From a virus, in the IMG/VR virus record IMGVR_UViG_3300005529_000007, positions 3,169 through 67,168 of that record: a stretch of DNA of 64,000 nucleotides. One strand, written 5' to 3'. The notes below the pieces were generated by a model, which was not told where the DNA came from, did no database searches, and saw only the letters and a list, made by a program, of their open reading frames with translations. Position 1 is the first letter of the stretch. Each line of letters starts with the position of its first letter. Position numbers and translations under genes: made by a program. Below are positions 19,965 through 29,614 of this stretch, piece by piece.

Positions 19965-20671
19965 TGAGCACTAAGACCACCACCTCAAGCGACAATCAAA
20001 GTAATCTGAACTTTGATCCAGGTTCGATGAGTCTCTACAAGAACCTGACTGGCAATGCTGGCAATGTACTGAACCAGTACATGAACAACCCCTTTACGAA
20101 TGCCTTTTATCAAATGGGCCTTCAGACCAGTCAAAAGGGAGCCATGCAGCAGGGCCAGAACAACATCCAGGCCATGCTCCAGAACATGAAAGTATCTGGG
20201 CTGGGCGGAGCCTCTGGCGCTGGCTTCCAGCAAGCGCAGCTTGGCAAGATCGGACGTAGCAATGCGTCCATGTTGTCGCAAGCGAACTTGGGGAACGTGA
20301 TGAACGCTTTCCAACGGCAGCTTGGCGCGACGGGCATGGGCATGGCCTTCCAGCCACTCATGACTGGCGAGAAGTCTCACGGTCAGCAGACGCAGCAGAC
20401 GGGTGGGCTGGGCACATGGTTGCCACAGCTTGCTGGCGCGGCGTTTGGCGGACTCACTGGCGGCTTAGGTGGCCTCTTTGGAGGTGGCGGGGGAGCTGGC
20501 TCAGGGTTAATTAGTCCCACGATGAGCAGCATGGCTGGCGGAGCGCCGACCATGATCCCTGGCATGATGGGAGGAATCAATTCCATGGCCATCAATCCCT
20601 TCAGCGCTGGCATGGACCCGAGCTCCTTGTTCAGTGGCTACAGCCCCACAATGCCTAGCTTCGGAGGTTAA
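19964..20671 (+). CDS. Internal virion (ejection/pilot) protein
   Basis: G/Q/M/N-rich with a Gly-rich hydrophobic segment. Confidence 0.65.
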   Translation: MSTKTTTSSDNQSNLNFDPGSMSLYKNLTGNAGNVLNQYMNNPFTNAFYQMGLQTSQKGAMQQGQNNIQAMLQNMKVSGLGGASGAGFQQAQLGKIGRSNASMLSQANLGNVMNAFQRQLGATGMGMAFQPLMTGEKSHGQQTQQTGGLGTWLPQLAGAAFGGLTGGLGGLFGGGGGAGSGLISPTMSSMAGGAPTMIPGMMGGINSMAINPFSAGMDPSSLFSGYSPTMPSFGG

Positions 20672-20674
20672 TCA

Positions 20675-21904
20675 ATGGGATTACTAGACGACGTTTCTTT
20701 CATGGGGGGCGGCTTCAACTCAATGGGTATGCCCTCTGCCCAGATGATGCGCCAGTATCAACAGATGCGGAACATCCGCCTGCTCGATCCTGAACGACAA
20801 CTCCGAGAGATGGGACCCATGCGCGGCATGGGTAATCGTGGCGCGGCCAACCCCTGGTTCGCGCAGATGGGGCAGCTCGGGAACACACCGGACTATAGTG
20901 GATTTACGTATGACCCTGGCGCGAATGCTGCGGCCAGTGCGGCCCTGCGGCCCTATGGACTCAGCCCGCTTAATCCCAATCAAGTTAACCCCAATGCGAT
21001 CTTTCCCAACAGCGGATTCTTCGGACGCCATCCTGGACTGACGAGTCGGCTGGAAGGTGGGATCTTTGGAGCGGCTGCGACACGGGGAGCAAATACCTGG
21101 GGCGAGGGAATCTCTAACGTCGCTCAGTCCATGATCGAAGGGCCACGCGCCAAGGCAGGGATTGTCAACCAGCAATTCGCCAGGCCATTCCAGCAAGCCC
21201 AGATGCTTGAGAGCTTGCAGGACATGCAGCAGAAGCGAGAGCTTACTGAGGCAGACATTCAATGGCGCAGAGCCGAAGCGCAGAAGGCCGGGCAGTCTCC
21301 CTTTCCGAAATACGGCGAAGCCAAGATCGGCGCAAAGGGCGAAGCGTATATGTTCCCGAACGATGGAGGTGAGCCCAAGCAAGTACTTCCTCCTGGGACA
21401 TTCAACACCAAGGACGACAAGGTGCTATCTCCAGAGGAACAAGCCATCGACGCCTTCAGGCGTGAGCAAAAACGAGAGCCCACTTCTCAAGAACTCGTCA
21501 CGTTACATAACGAGTGGACCGAGAAAGAGCGCAAGGCTGCGAATGCTGCGAACGGAGCCAAGATGGCCGTGCCAAACGGCAAGGGTGGATTTACCTTTCA
21601 AGTTATCCAACCTGGTTCCCCTATCCCCGCAGGCTCCCGAACCATTAACGACATTGGAACCGAGCAGCACAAAGAGACAGCCTCACGGGAGAAGTTCCTG
21701 GCCAGCTCCGCCAGTTGGCCCGCCTCACGCTGGGCAAGGCTCAAGGCCTTCGGCGTGAAGCGCGGCGACATGCAATCGCTGGGTCAGTTCTACGATCAGA
21801 ACATTTCCTCCGGCGCGTACACCATGGACGAGAGCGGTGCGCCTCGTGCTAACGGCGACGCCCCCAGTCCCACCCCTTCTTTATCCAACCCCTTTAGGAA
21901 ATAG
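20675..21904 (+). CDS. Internal virion (ejection) protein
   Basis: 409 aa between the pilot-like and large internal protein genes. Confidence 0.62.
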   Translation: MGLLDDVSFMGGGFNSMGMPSAQMMRQYQQMRNIRLLDPERQLREMGPMRGMGNRGAANPWFAQMGQLGNTPDYSGFTYDPGANAAASAALRPYGLSPLNPNQVNPNAIFPNSGFFGRHPGLTSRLEGGIFGAAATRGANTWGEGISNVAQSMIEGPRAKAGIVNQQFARPFQQAQMLESLQDMQQKRELTEADIQWRRAEAQKAGQSPFPKYGEAKIGAKGEAYMFPNDGGEPKQVLPPGTFNTKDDKVLSPEEQAIDAFRREQKREPTSQELVTLHNEWTEKERKAANAANGAKMAVPNGKGGFTFQVIQPGSPIPAGSRTINDIGTEQHKETASREKFLASSASWPASRWARLKAFGVKRGDMQSLGQFYDQNISSGAYTMDESGAPRANGDAPSPTPSLSNPFRK

Positions 21905-24900
21905 TGGCCGACCAAGTAGCAGATTACCTTCGTTCACAGCAAATTCCTGACAGTGTTCGAGCGGACGCTTGGGATGCGTACCATCAGGCAACTGATGCGA
22001 ACGACTTCCAGTCTCGCTTTACCAAGCTGCAAGTCCCGGACAACGTCAAGGCTGACTTGTGGGATATGCGCTTTGCTGCCCAGCCGCAACGTCGTGTTAC
22101 GAATGTCCCCACCGGGGAGATCCGCGCTGACGATAGCTGGATGTCTGGCGCTCGTCGCATGGTTGCGAACACAGCCCTGGGACATGCTCTGCAATCTTCC
22201 ATGCCGAAGGTCGCGGACTTCTTCGGGCTTACGCCTTCGCATACCGTGTACGACCCGGAGTACGAAGCTACCAAAGGCCAGCTCCTTGCTCCACAAGAAC
22301 TGATCGCCGCCTCGCAACCAGACAGTGTCATGGGCTACGTCAAGGACGCAGCCAGGGCAGGCCTGGGAGGTGTCGGATCTCTAACCTCTGGCGAGAACAT
22401 GGCCACCATGGCCGGGATCGCCACGGGTGGAGGTGCGCTGGCTGAAGTTTACTTCGGTTCGGAGATGTTGATCGGGGCCGACCAAGGACTGAAGCGCAGT
22501 TACCAGGCCGCGAGCCGAGGTGATTACCACACAGCGGCGGCTGAGTTTGGCGCAGCGGCAACTAACTTAGAACTTGGCAGACGTACTCTCCGGCACTTGG
22601 CTGGCGCGGAAACTCACAGCCCGATGCCCGGCACGAATCTTGTTGCTCCAGAAAATGGCAACGGAGTATCATCCCCGGCATCTGTACCAGCAGCACCTGA
22701 AGTTTTAGCACCCAAACCAAAAGTACCCGAGCCGCCACTCGTGCCTGAAGGGTCCGAACAACCCGCGCCCCAAGTGTCTGCCCCGCCCCCTGCGCCTGAA
22801 GTGTCTGCGCGACCCGTTTTTAAGGGGAGTGACATCGCTTCGCGCTTGGACACGATTGAACGGAGCCTGCCTGGAGAGGTACCCGAGGCGAAGCCGAAGG
22901 CACTACCCCAAAACGGGTCCCTAGAAGATGAGCCCAACTATCTCAAGCGGCCCTTGAGCGTGGACCCTGCAACAGGCGAGCGCAAGGTTATCCGGGATTC
23001 TTATCCCGAGGACATGGCAGCCCGTGGCAAGAAGAAGTTCGACTTCTACACGGATGCCAACAAGCAGATCGAGAATGCCGCCAAGTACAACCCTCAAGGC
23101 GAGCAGATCGGGGATGCGAAGATCCTGGCAGCCTACCGGGAGAACCAGGCGAATGCCGTTGCTGGCTTCCGCACCTGGGCTCAGTATGCCGACATCGAGG
23201 ATGTCAAGGGAGCTGTAAAGGATCTCGCCGCGAAGATCAAAGACGGCGGAGAACGCCTGGATATGATGCGCGTCCTAGGCTACGGCCTCTCCAAAGACAA
23301 GCTGGTATTTCACGCGGGCATCGAGGGAACCGAGCAAATCACCGAGGACGCACTCCAGAAGGCCATTGGACGCAGGACCGTTCCCAGTGTGCCCAAGGAT
23401 TACACGATTGAAGATCCCATCAAGAAGGACATGGTGGACAAGGGGCTGGCCCGTCAGAAAGACGTGGACGCCCTGGATGAGCAGATTGACAAGCTAAAAG
23501 AGACGTACAAGAAGGCCACTTCCCTCGACGAGAAGCAATCCATCAGCGATCACATTGATGCCTTGAGGGAACAGCGTAAAGCACCCTTCAAGGAAGTCAA
23601 GGACGCCAAGGCCACCCTCCGTCGTGACTGGGCCTCGAACTACATCCGCAGCAAGGGACTGGAGCTCTCCGACCAGATCGCGCACTACCGTGACCTGGCA
23701 CAGGCAGCCATCCGCGCCAAGCAGCTCAGGCCGAAAGATTTCGTAGAAGAAGTCAAGACAGACGTTGCTCCTATCCGACAACTCGGCACGGGCGAAGAAG
23801 CCGTGCAGTATTCCAAGGAGTCCATCGCTGGGGCCGTGTTCGGCTCCGAGGCAGATGCCCGCAAAGCTGCGGAGCAAGTCTATGGCGACAAGTACACACT
23901 CCGCACCCGCGAGCGAGAGGGCAAGCAAGTCTATTCTGTCCTCCCCCGTGAGGAAGTGGCGCGGCAGGTTACCGCCCAATCCACCGGGGACATAGCAGCT
24001 CGCAAGCAGAACCTGGACTTCCTGAAGAAGGAATTGACCAAAGCCACCACCGAGAAAGCGAGGCTTAAACTCCAACGTGCAATCGCAAAAGAGGAGCGTG
24101 CGCTGGGCCTTTCAGCCAGCGAAGCCCCGACAGGTCCGACCGCCGCAACTGCGGGCACCCCTAAAGCCCCCGAAGCCGCAGCGCCCACCAGAGAATCCGT
24201 TCAGGCCCCCCAGGGGACAGAAGTAAGACCTAGCTTCGACGAGCGCATGAAGGCTCGTACTGAGGTTAAGGACGACATCTTCGAGTACCGCGTACAGCAG
24301 CTCGTCAAGAAGGGCATGAGTCGCGCCACAGCCGAGCTCATGGTACGCAAGAAGATGGAGAGCGAGCGTGGCTCCTTCTCCAACAAGCCGCCCATGGGAG
24401 CTTATGGCCCCTCTGGCCCAGGCGTCCTCTGGCGTTTAGGCAGCGCCCTCGACAGAGTCTTCGGAGATCGCAGCTCAGAGGAAAAGAAACAAACCGAGAC
24501 CATCATCCGGGAAGCTGGGGGCGAACTCGCCCGCAAGCACGAGATGATCTGGAACAAGCTCCAGGAAGGCATCGACCGCCACGATGCTGATACCGAAGTC
24601 CAGACCAGGCAGTTCATGGACGCAGGGGAAATGAAACCCGGCGCAACCGTCCTCTCTCCCGAGGACCAGGCCATGGCCCAGGAACTCCACTCCATGTTCC
24701 AGGAGCGCTGGGACAAACTAAAGAACCTTCTCCCTGATCGCTTCGATGGCGCAGGGATCGAGAACTACCTAAAACACATCTGGGAAGGCAAGCGTGGCCA
24801 GGTCGCAGCCGAACGCCTCTGGCAGAGTGTCGGAGGCAAGCGGCCCCTGGAAGGCTCGGCTACCTTCGCACGCCACCGCTTCTATAGATATTTCTCAGAC

Positions 24901-26847
24901 GGCCTGGACGCAGGACTCAAGCCGCTGACCTACAACCCAATTAAGATGCAGCTCCTGGGCCTCTATGAGATCGACCGCTTCATCATGGCCCATGAGATGA
25001 AGAACGACATGCGCCAGGCTGGCCTGGTGAAGTTCGTGAAGATCGGCCAGGATGTCCCTCCCGGCTGGTCCAAGCTGGATGACAAGATCTTCAAGCCGCG
25101 CCTGTTCAAGGACGGTGGCCTTACGTCGTACGGCGAATACTGGGCCCCGGCTGACGTGGCCAAGGTATTTAATAACTACCTCTCTCCTGGTCTCCGTTCC
25201 AACGAGGCCTATGAGATCGCCCGCCAGTACGGCAACTTCATGAACCAGATTCAGCTCGGGGCCTCTGCCTTCCACGGCGGCTTCGAGGTCGTCAATGCGA
25301 GTTCCTCTGAGGTGGCCCTTGGCCTCCAGCAGCTCACCCGTGGACAGTACGCGGATGGCATGAAGCGCATCGCTCGTGGCTACGCAGTTGGCCTCGCGGC
25401 CAAGCATTACTACTCCCTGGGCAAAGCCATCGAGCAGGAGTACATCGCCCCTACAGGCATCACGCCCAACAACATCAAGCTCGTTGAAGCTGTCCGAGAA
25501 CTGGAGATCGCAGGTGGCCGTATCGGCCTCGATCCCATCTACTCCAATCAATCCTTTGATGCCATGCGCAAAGCCTGGACCGAGGGAAGATACATCGCCT
25601 CTGGTGCACACGCCCTGGGTCACGCTGTCGAATACACCGCCCGCCCCTTGATGAAGTACTTCGTTCCCCGCATCAAGCTGGGGATGTTCGCGGACATGGC
25701 ACAACATCGCCTGACTGAACTCATCAACCAAGGAGCCACCCGCGACGAGATCGCCCACGAACTGGGCAAGGTCTGGGACAGCGTAGACAACCGCGCTGGC
25801 CAGCTCGTTTACGACAATCTCTTCTGGAACAAGGCCACCAAGGACATTGGCTTCCTGGCTGTCCGCTCTCTGGGCTGGACCCTCGGTACTGTCCGTGAAC
25901 TTGGCGGCGCAGGCGTCGATACCTTCCGCCAGGCTTCTGACCTCCTCAAAGGCAACGGCAAGAATATCCGCCTCACCGAGCGCCAGGCCTATGCCATCGG
26001 TATGACGACCACTGTCGGTCTGATCGGTGGCATCATGACCTACCTGGCCACAGGCAAAGCCCCCCAGAAGGCCGAGGATTACTTCTTCCCACCTACGGGT
26101 ACCCTGGACCCCTCCGGCAACCCCGCTCGTCGCTCCTTGCCCTCCTACGTGCGCGATGTGGCGGCTTTTAAGAACCAACCGCTCCAGACTATAACCAACA
26201 AGGCCCAGCCCCTCCTGGTGGACATCCACCAGCTCTGGACCAACCAGGACTACTACGGCACTGAGATCCGGCACCCAGGAGATAGTACCCTGGCTCAAGT
26301 AGGCGAAGTTGCCAAGCACGAGCTGACTAACCTTCAGCCGTTCGGCATTCAGTCCTACATGCGCAGCAGACATTCGGCTGAGTCCCGCTTAGACAGTGCC
26401 CTCTCATTTGTCGGCGTGACCCCAGCCCCTCGCTACATCGGCCAGACCAAAGCCGAGAAACTGGCCTACGAACTTTCCGAGCGGCACAGAGAAGCAGGCC
26501 CGAGAGACGCGAATACCTTCCAGAAGTACCGCACCGCAGGGCAACTACGAGCCCTATATGCCGCAGGCAAGATCGACGAATCCAAACTAGATGACGCTCT
26601 CTTCTCTGGGAAGATCACCGACTCCCAGTACAACGACATAGTAGACGCCACCCAGATGACTCCCTTCGAGCGACAGGTCAAGTCCCTGAAAACTCCTGAG
26701 GAGATCATGACGGTCTGGCGCGAAGCCAACCCATCTGAACGTGCAACCATGCACGACTACATGGAAGGAATGTGGGATAGAATAGACCCAGATACTCAGC
26801 CCGAACTCTTCAAGCAGTTCGAGAAAGAACTGGGATACGAGCAATGA
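21904..26847 (+). CDS. Large internal virion / DNA ejection protein
   Basis: 1647 aa, helical, last gene of the podoviral structural block; C-terminal region resembles large polyvalent proteins. Confidence 0.72.
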   Translation: MADQVADYLRSQQIPDSVRADAWDAYHQATDANDFQSRFTKLQVPDNVKADLWDMRFAAQPQRRVTNVPTGEIRADDSWMSGARRMVANTALGHALQSSMPKVADFFGLTPSHTVYDPEYEATKGQLLAPQELIAASQPDSVMGYVKDAARAGLGGVGSLTSGENMATMAGIATGGGALAEVYFGSEMLIGADQGLKRSYQAASRGDYHTAAAEFGAAATNLELGRRTLRHLAGAETHSPMPGTNLVAPENGNGVSSPASVPAAPEVLAPKPKVPEPPLVPEGSEQPAPQVSAPPPAPEVSARPVFKGSDIASRLDTIERSLPGEVPEAKPKALPQNGSLEDEPNYLKRPLSVDPATGERKVIRDSYPEDMAARGKKKFDFYTDANKQIENAAKYNPQGEQIGDAKILAAYRENQANAVAGFRTWAQYADIEDVKGAVKDLAAKIKDGGERLDMMRVLGYGLSKDKLVFHAGIEGTEQITEDALQKAIGRRTVPSVPKDYTIEDPIKKDMVDKGLARQKDVDALDEQIDKLKETYKKATSLDEKQSISDHIDALREQRKAPFKEVKDAKATLRRDWASNYIRSKGLELSDQIAHYRDLAQAAIRAKQLRPKDFVEEVKTDVAPIRQLGTGEEAVQYSKESIAGAVFGSEADARKAAEQVYGDKYTLRTREREGKQVYSVLPREEVARQVTAQSTGDIAARKQNLDFLKKELTKATTEKARLKLQRAIAKEERALGLSASEAPTGPTAATAGTPKAPEAAAPTRESVQAPQGTEVRPSFDERMKARTEVKDDIFEYRVQQLVKKGMSRATAELMVRKKMESERGSFSNKPPMGAYGPSGPGVLWRLGSALDRVFGDRSSEEKKQTETIIREAGGELARKHEMIWNKLQEGIDRHDADTEVQTRQFMDAGEMKPGATVLSPEDQAMAQELHSMFQERWDKLKNLLPDRFDGAGIENYLKHIWEGKRGQVAAERLWQSVGGKRPLEGSATFARHRFYRYFSDGLDAGLKPLTYNPIKMQLLGLYEIDRFIMAHEMKNDMRQAGLVKFVKIGQDVPPGWSKLDDKIFKPRLFKDGGLTSYGEYWAPADVAKVFNNYLSPGLRSNEAYEIARQYGNFMNQIQLGASAFHGGFEVVNASSSEVALGLQQLTRGQYADGMKRIARGYAVGLAAKHYYSLGKAIEQEYIAPTGITPNNIKLVEAVRELEIAGGRIGLDPIYSNQSFDAMRKAWTEGRYIASGAHALGHAVEYTARPLMKYFVPRIKLGMFADMAQHRLTELINQGATRDEIAHELGKVWDSVDNRAGQLVYDNLFWNKATKDIGFLAVRSLGWTLGTVRELGGAGVDTFRQASDLLKGNGKNIRLTERQAYAIGMTTTVGLIGGIMTYLATGKAPQKAEDYFFPPTGTLDPSGNPARRSLPSYVRDVAAFKNQPLQTITNKAQPLLVDIHQLWTNQDYYGTEIRHPGDSTLAQVGEVAKHELTNLQPFGIQSYMRSRHSAESRLDSALSFVGVTPAPRYIGQTKAEKLAYELSERHREAGPRDANTFQKYRTAGQLRALYAAGKIDESKLDDALFSGKITDSQYNDIVDATQMTPFERQVKSLKTPEEIMTVWREANPSERATMHDYMEGMWDRIDPDTQPELFKQFEKELGYEQ
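22801..22925. repeat. Inverted pair of the dispersed repeat (R2 -, R3 +) forming a ~125-bp palindromic element inside the CDS
   Basis: GACCCGTTTT..GGGGAGTG pairs with CACTACCCCAAAACGGGTC; inner stem GCTTCGC/GCGAAGC. Confidence 0.7.
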
Positions 26848-27710
26848 CCTTTAGAGATTACGAAGCACAGTACGAGAACTTTGTCAGAATCCATCTTCGC
26901 TTTTCAACTTGGCTGCGCTACTGCGACTGCCTGGAAAAGCTCATGGAGCACTTCGGAGACCGCCACCCCAAAGACATCTTCCGCATTGATGTCATCGGCT
27001 ACGTCACCAAGCGCACCCAGCAAGGAGCTGCATATCGAACCGTAGCCCTGGAGAAGATGGTAGGGAGTGCTTTCTTTCGCTGGATGGCAGACAACAACAT
27101 CGTGGAAGAGGATCACAATCCCTTCGCTGCTACCAAGGTTCCTGGTAGGGAGCCGCAGTTTGTGCACAAGGCCCTGTCGCCTGAGACCATCAAGGCCATG
27201 TGGAACGCCACTCGTACAGACGAGGACCGTCTCCTCATGCGCCTGGCCAACACTACCCCGCTCACTGTCGGCATGATGGCCGCACTCCAGAGGGAGGACT
27301 TCGACTTCGAGAGAGCCCGTCTCACTGTCAAGCGCAGCAAGACCCAGAAGGTCGTGACGCTGCCAGTAGACCCAGCTCTCCTGGAGCAGGTGCGCAATCG
27401 CCCGCCTGGGCCGCTGTTCCCCGAGGCCGCCAAGCGCCTCCAGGGATCACGCTACCTCAGACAAAAATTTGAATGCTTAGCAAGACGGGCTGGCGTAAAG
27501 GCTACCGCCCATTGCTTCCGGCACACCTTTGCAACGGACGCGCTACGTGGTGGGATTGATCTGAGGACCGTCCAAGAACTTCTTGGTCACGCGAACATCT
27601 TAACTACTTCGCGTTACCTCGCTCCTGCCGACGTGGAGTCTGTCCGGGGTTTTCTGGAGACTCGCCCGAAGCTGGATGAAGCCAGTCCTCTTTCTCCTTC
27701 TCACTGTTAG
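26844..27710 (+). CDS. Xer-like tyrosine recombinase without an arm-binding domain
   Basis: HCFRHTFAT, VQELLGHANILTTSRY and SKT motifs; first catalytic Arg box appears degenerate (TTPLTVGM). Confidence 0.88.
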   Translation: MTFRDYEAQYENFVRIHLRFSTWLRYCDCLEKLMEHFGDRHPKDIFRIDVIGYVTKRTQQGAAYRTVALEKMVGSAFFRWMADNNIVEEDHNPFAATKVPGREPQFVHKALSPETIKAMWNATRTDEDRLLMRLANTTPLTVGMMAALQREDFDFERARLTVKRSKTQKVVTLPVDPALLEQVRNRPPGPLFPEAAKRLQGSRYLRQKFECLARRAGVKATAHCFRHTFATDALRGGIDLRTVQELLGHANILTTSRYLAPADVESVRGFLETRPKLDEASPLSPSHC

Positions 27711-27879
27711 CAACATCCCAGACCTTATCTGAACACAATTTAAGGACCCTGACTTCAGCGTACAATTCAGCACGCTTAACAGGGTCCTTTTCATTGGACA
27801 GAAGGTCGTCGAGCTCTTGCGCTTTACGGGCCCAAGCAGTGGCCAGATTCAATAGGTCGGCATACCCGTAGAGGACCAT
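27604..27879 (-). CDS. Hypothetical protein
   Basis: 91 aa helical ORF, convergent overlap with the recombinase. Confidence 0.45.
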   Translation of the reverse strand: MVLYGYADLLNLATAWARKAQELDDLLSNEKDPVKRAELYAEVRVLKLCSDKVWDVANSEKEKEDWLHPASGESPENPGQTPRRQERGNAK

Positions 27880-27909
27880 GGACGAATAGTAGCATAATTT
27901 TTGTACTCG

Positions 27910-28080
27910 TCATGTGGATTGCCCTAATACGGTCACCAGGCCGATGACATCCAACAATCCTGCCACGCAAACGGCGGTAGCCATAGCGAGAGGGTGACGA
28001 AGCAGTCCCAGAAAGCCGCCAGCCATTAGGGACACCCCAGAGAGTGACACACAGCCAAGTAGAACGTGGCCCTTGTCCAT
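27910..28080 (-). CDS. Small two-TM membrane protein (56 aa, not in ORF track)
   Basis: MDKGHVLLGCVSLSGVSLMAGGFLGLLRHPLAMATAVCVAGLLDVIGLVTVLGQST. Confidence 0.45.
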   Translation of the reverse strand: MDKGHVLLGCVSLSGVSLMAGGFLGLLRHPLAMATAVCVAGLLDVIGLVTVLGQST

Positions 28081-28180
28081 TGTCTTTTTTTACAGAACCG
28101 GGGGGCGAGCGTCGTGGACCTTACTACGTAATCAATAGTACACGCAACTATATTTTTATCTTGTTACGAAATCCGAACAA

Positions 28181-28480
28181 AACCTAAGTTGAACGCCCTA
28201 TGAGTCTATTCGCATGAGATCGCCTGCCGCGAAACACACTGTACTCATTTCGAGAACAATCGTACTCAGAACGAGAACGAAAACTTAGGCACAACTTAGG
28301 CACAAAAAAGGGGGGCTATTCGCCCCCTTTTCGCCTTTCAGGACTCTAAAGGCAACAGATTCAACAGGACTTTTAGAATGGTACTGAGTTAAGCGCCCTG
28401 AAAGTCAAACACATAAGTTATACATTCGGTTGGATTTGGCTGTCAACCTGGGAGCAAGATGGGATCAAAATTGATCCCAA
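28181..28480. other. Candidate attP region with arm-type repeats
   Basis: Mostly non-coding, at the integrase 3' end; tandem AACTTAGGCAC x2 (28282-28303), inverted CCTAAGTT (28183-28190), GTACTCA-n4-GAGAAC x2, TGGGA(G/T)CAA repeats at 28449-28479. Confidence 0.55.
28304..28332. terminator. Bidirectional intrinsic terminator
   Basis: AAAAAAGGGGGG-CTATTCG-CCCCCTTTT between convergent gene blocks. Confidence 0.7.
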
Positions 28481-29614
28481 TTTGTTTGCCATCTTCCTGC
28501 TGTGCTCTCGGCTGGCATGGGCATAGACCTTCAGCGTAATGCTGGGATCAGAATGCCCCAGGCGTGCGGCGACCGTGCGGATGTCCTCCCCTTCAGAGAT
28601 GAGGGCCGTAGCATTCCCATGGCGAAAAGCATGGAGCCCCGCCTTGGGGATACCTAATGTGGCAAGGAGTTTTTGAAGTTTGTCTCGCACCACATATCGG
28701 CTATCCCACGGTCTTCCATTGGCGGTTGCAAACAGAAACGGCACCGAAGCGTCATGGGATCTGACGGCCAGGAAACGAAGAATATGTTCTGCAAGGGTGT
28801 CGGATATTTCAACAGAACGGATTCCACTTGCGCTTTTAGGAGTTTGAAGTCTTCCTCTCCATACTCCCTGCCGCACACGCAGACAACGGTTCGCATAGTC
28901 GAAGTCCTCCACACGAAGACCACACAGCTCACCTGCACGTAGGCCCGTCTCCGCCGCGATCAGGAAGAACGTCTTGAACGGTTCCTGGGCTGCGGATATG
29001 ATCTGTTGCATCTGCTCAGTTGTAAAGGAAGGACGTTCAACAGGCGTTAGCCTGGGGAGCACAATGCCCTCTTTGACATTGTGGGAGACATATCCCCAGG
29101 CTTTCGCTGTCTTCCACGCGGTCCTGAAGGTGGCGTAGATATTTCTAACCGTCTTCGGGCGACACACGAGCGTGGAAATAAATTGTTGCACGAGGGCTGT
29201 GGAGATGTCCCCCATGTTCATCTTCCCGAAGAAGGGCATGATGTACTTGGTCATGTGCACCTTCTCCGAGTTCTGACTAGATGGCTTGTGCTGTGGGAGC
29301 ACAGTCTTCATCCAGCGTTGTGCGAAATCGTTGTAAGACACGACCGCCTTGGGGCGGTAGCTAGTAGAGTTGATCTCCGCCAGCTTCGCTTCCAAGGCGC
29401 GTTGTGCTAGTCGTTTAGTAGGGAGTTCCTGTAGAGTCCCCAAGACCACGGACTTTTGCAAGCGGTGGGTGTTTGTAGATGCAGGGGGTGCACCACAACT
29501 CGCTCGATGTTCTGTGACAGGAGCAAGGACATCCTCCCGCCATCTCCCTACCCACACTTTGTTTCGCTTGCCCCTCAAGAACAGTTGCCCCTTCTGATAC
29601 CTTCTCCGGGCCAT
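28418..29614 (-). CDS. int: Phage integrase (tyrosine recombinase with arm-binding N-terminus)
   Basis: ATG 29614 with SD AGGAG; MARRRYQKG...WVGRWRE; TGLRAGEL, TPKS, HAFRH and RLGHSDPSITLKVY motifs. Confidence 0.93.
   Translation of the reverse strand: MARRRYQKGQLFLRGKRNKVWVGRWREDVLAPVTEHRASCGAPPASTNTHRLQKSVVLGTLQELPTKRLAQRALEAKLAEINSTSYRPKAVVSYNDFAQRWMKTVLPQHKPSSQNSEKVHMTKYIMPFFGKMNMGDISTALVQQFISTLVCRPKTVRNIYATFRTAWKTAKAWGYVSHNVKEGIVLPRLTPVERPSFTTEQMQQIISAAQEPFKTFFLIAAETGLRAGELCGLRVEDFDYANRCLRVRQGVWRGRLQTPKSASGIRSVEISDTLAEHILRFLAVRSHDASVPFLFATANGRPWDSRYVVRDKLQKLLATLGIPKAGLHAFRHGNATALISEGEDIRTVAARLGHSDPSITLKVYAHASREHSRKMANKLGSILIPSCSQVDSQIQPNV

Noticed and set aside
24895-26373. 492-aa minus-strand ORF and other long antisense ORFs (e.g. 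17261-18172, 10696-11457, 55583-56308)
   Set aside because: They shadow well-supported genes on the opposite strand, as expected from GC-rich codon bias, and have no motifs.
28118-28145. tRNA-Thr-like attP core (CGTAATCAATAG)
   Set aside because: Resemblance is limited to an anticodon-loop-like stretch, with no following T-arm sequence.
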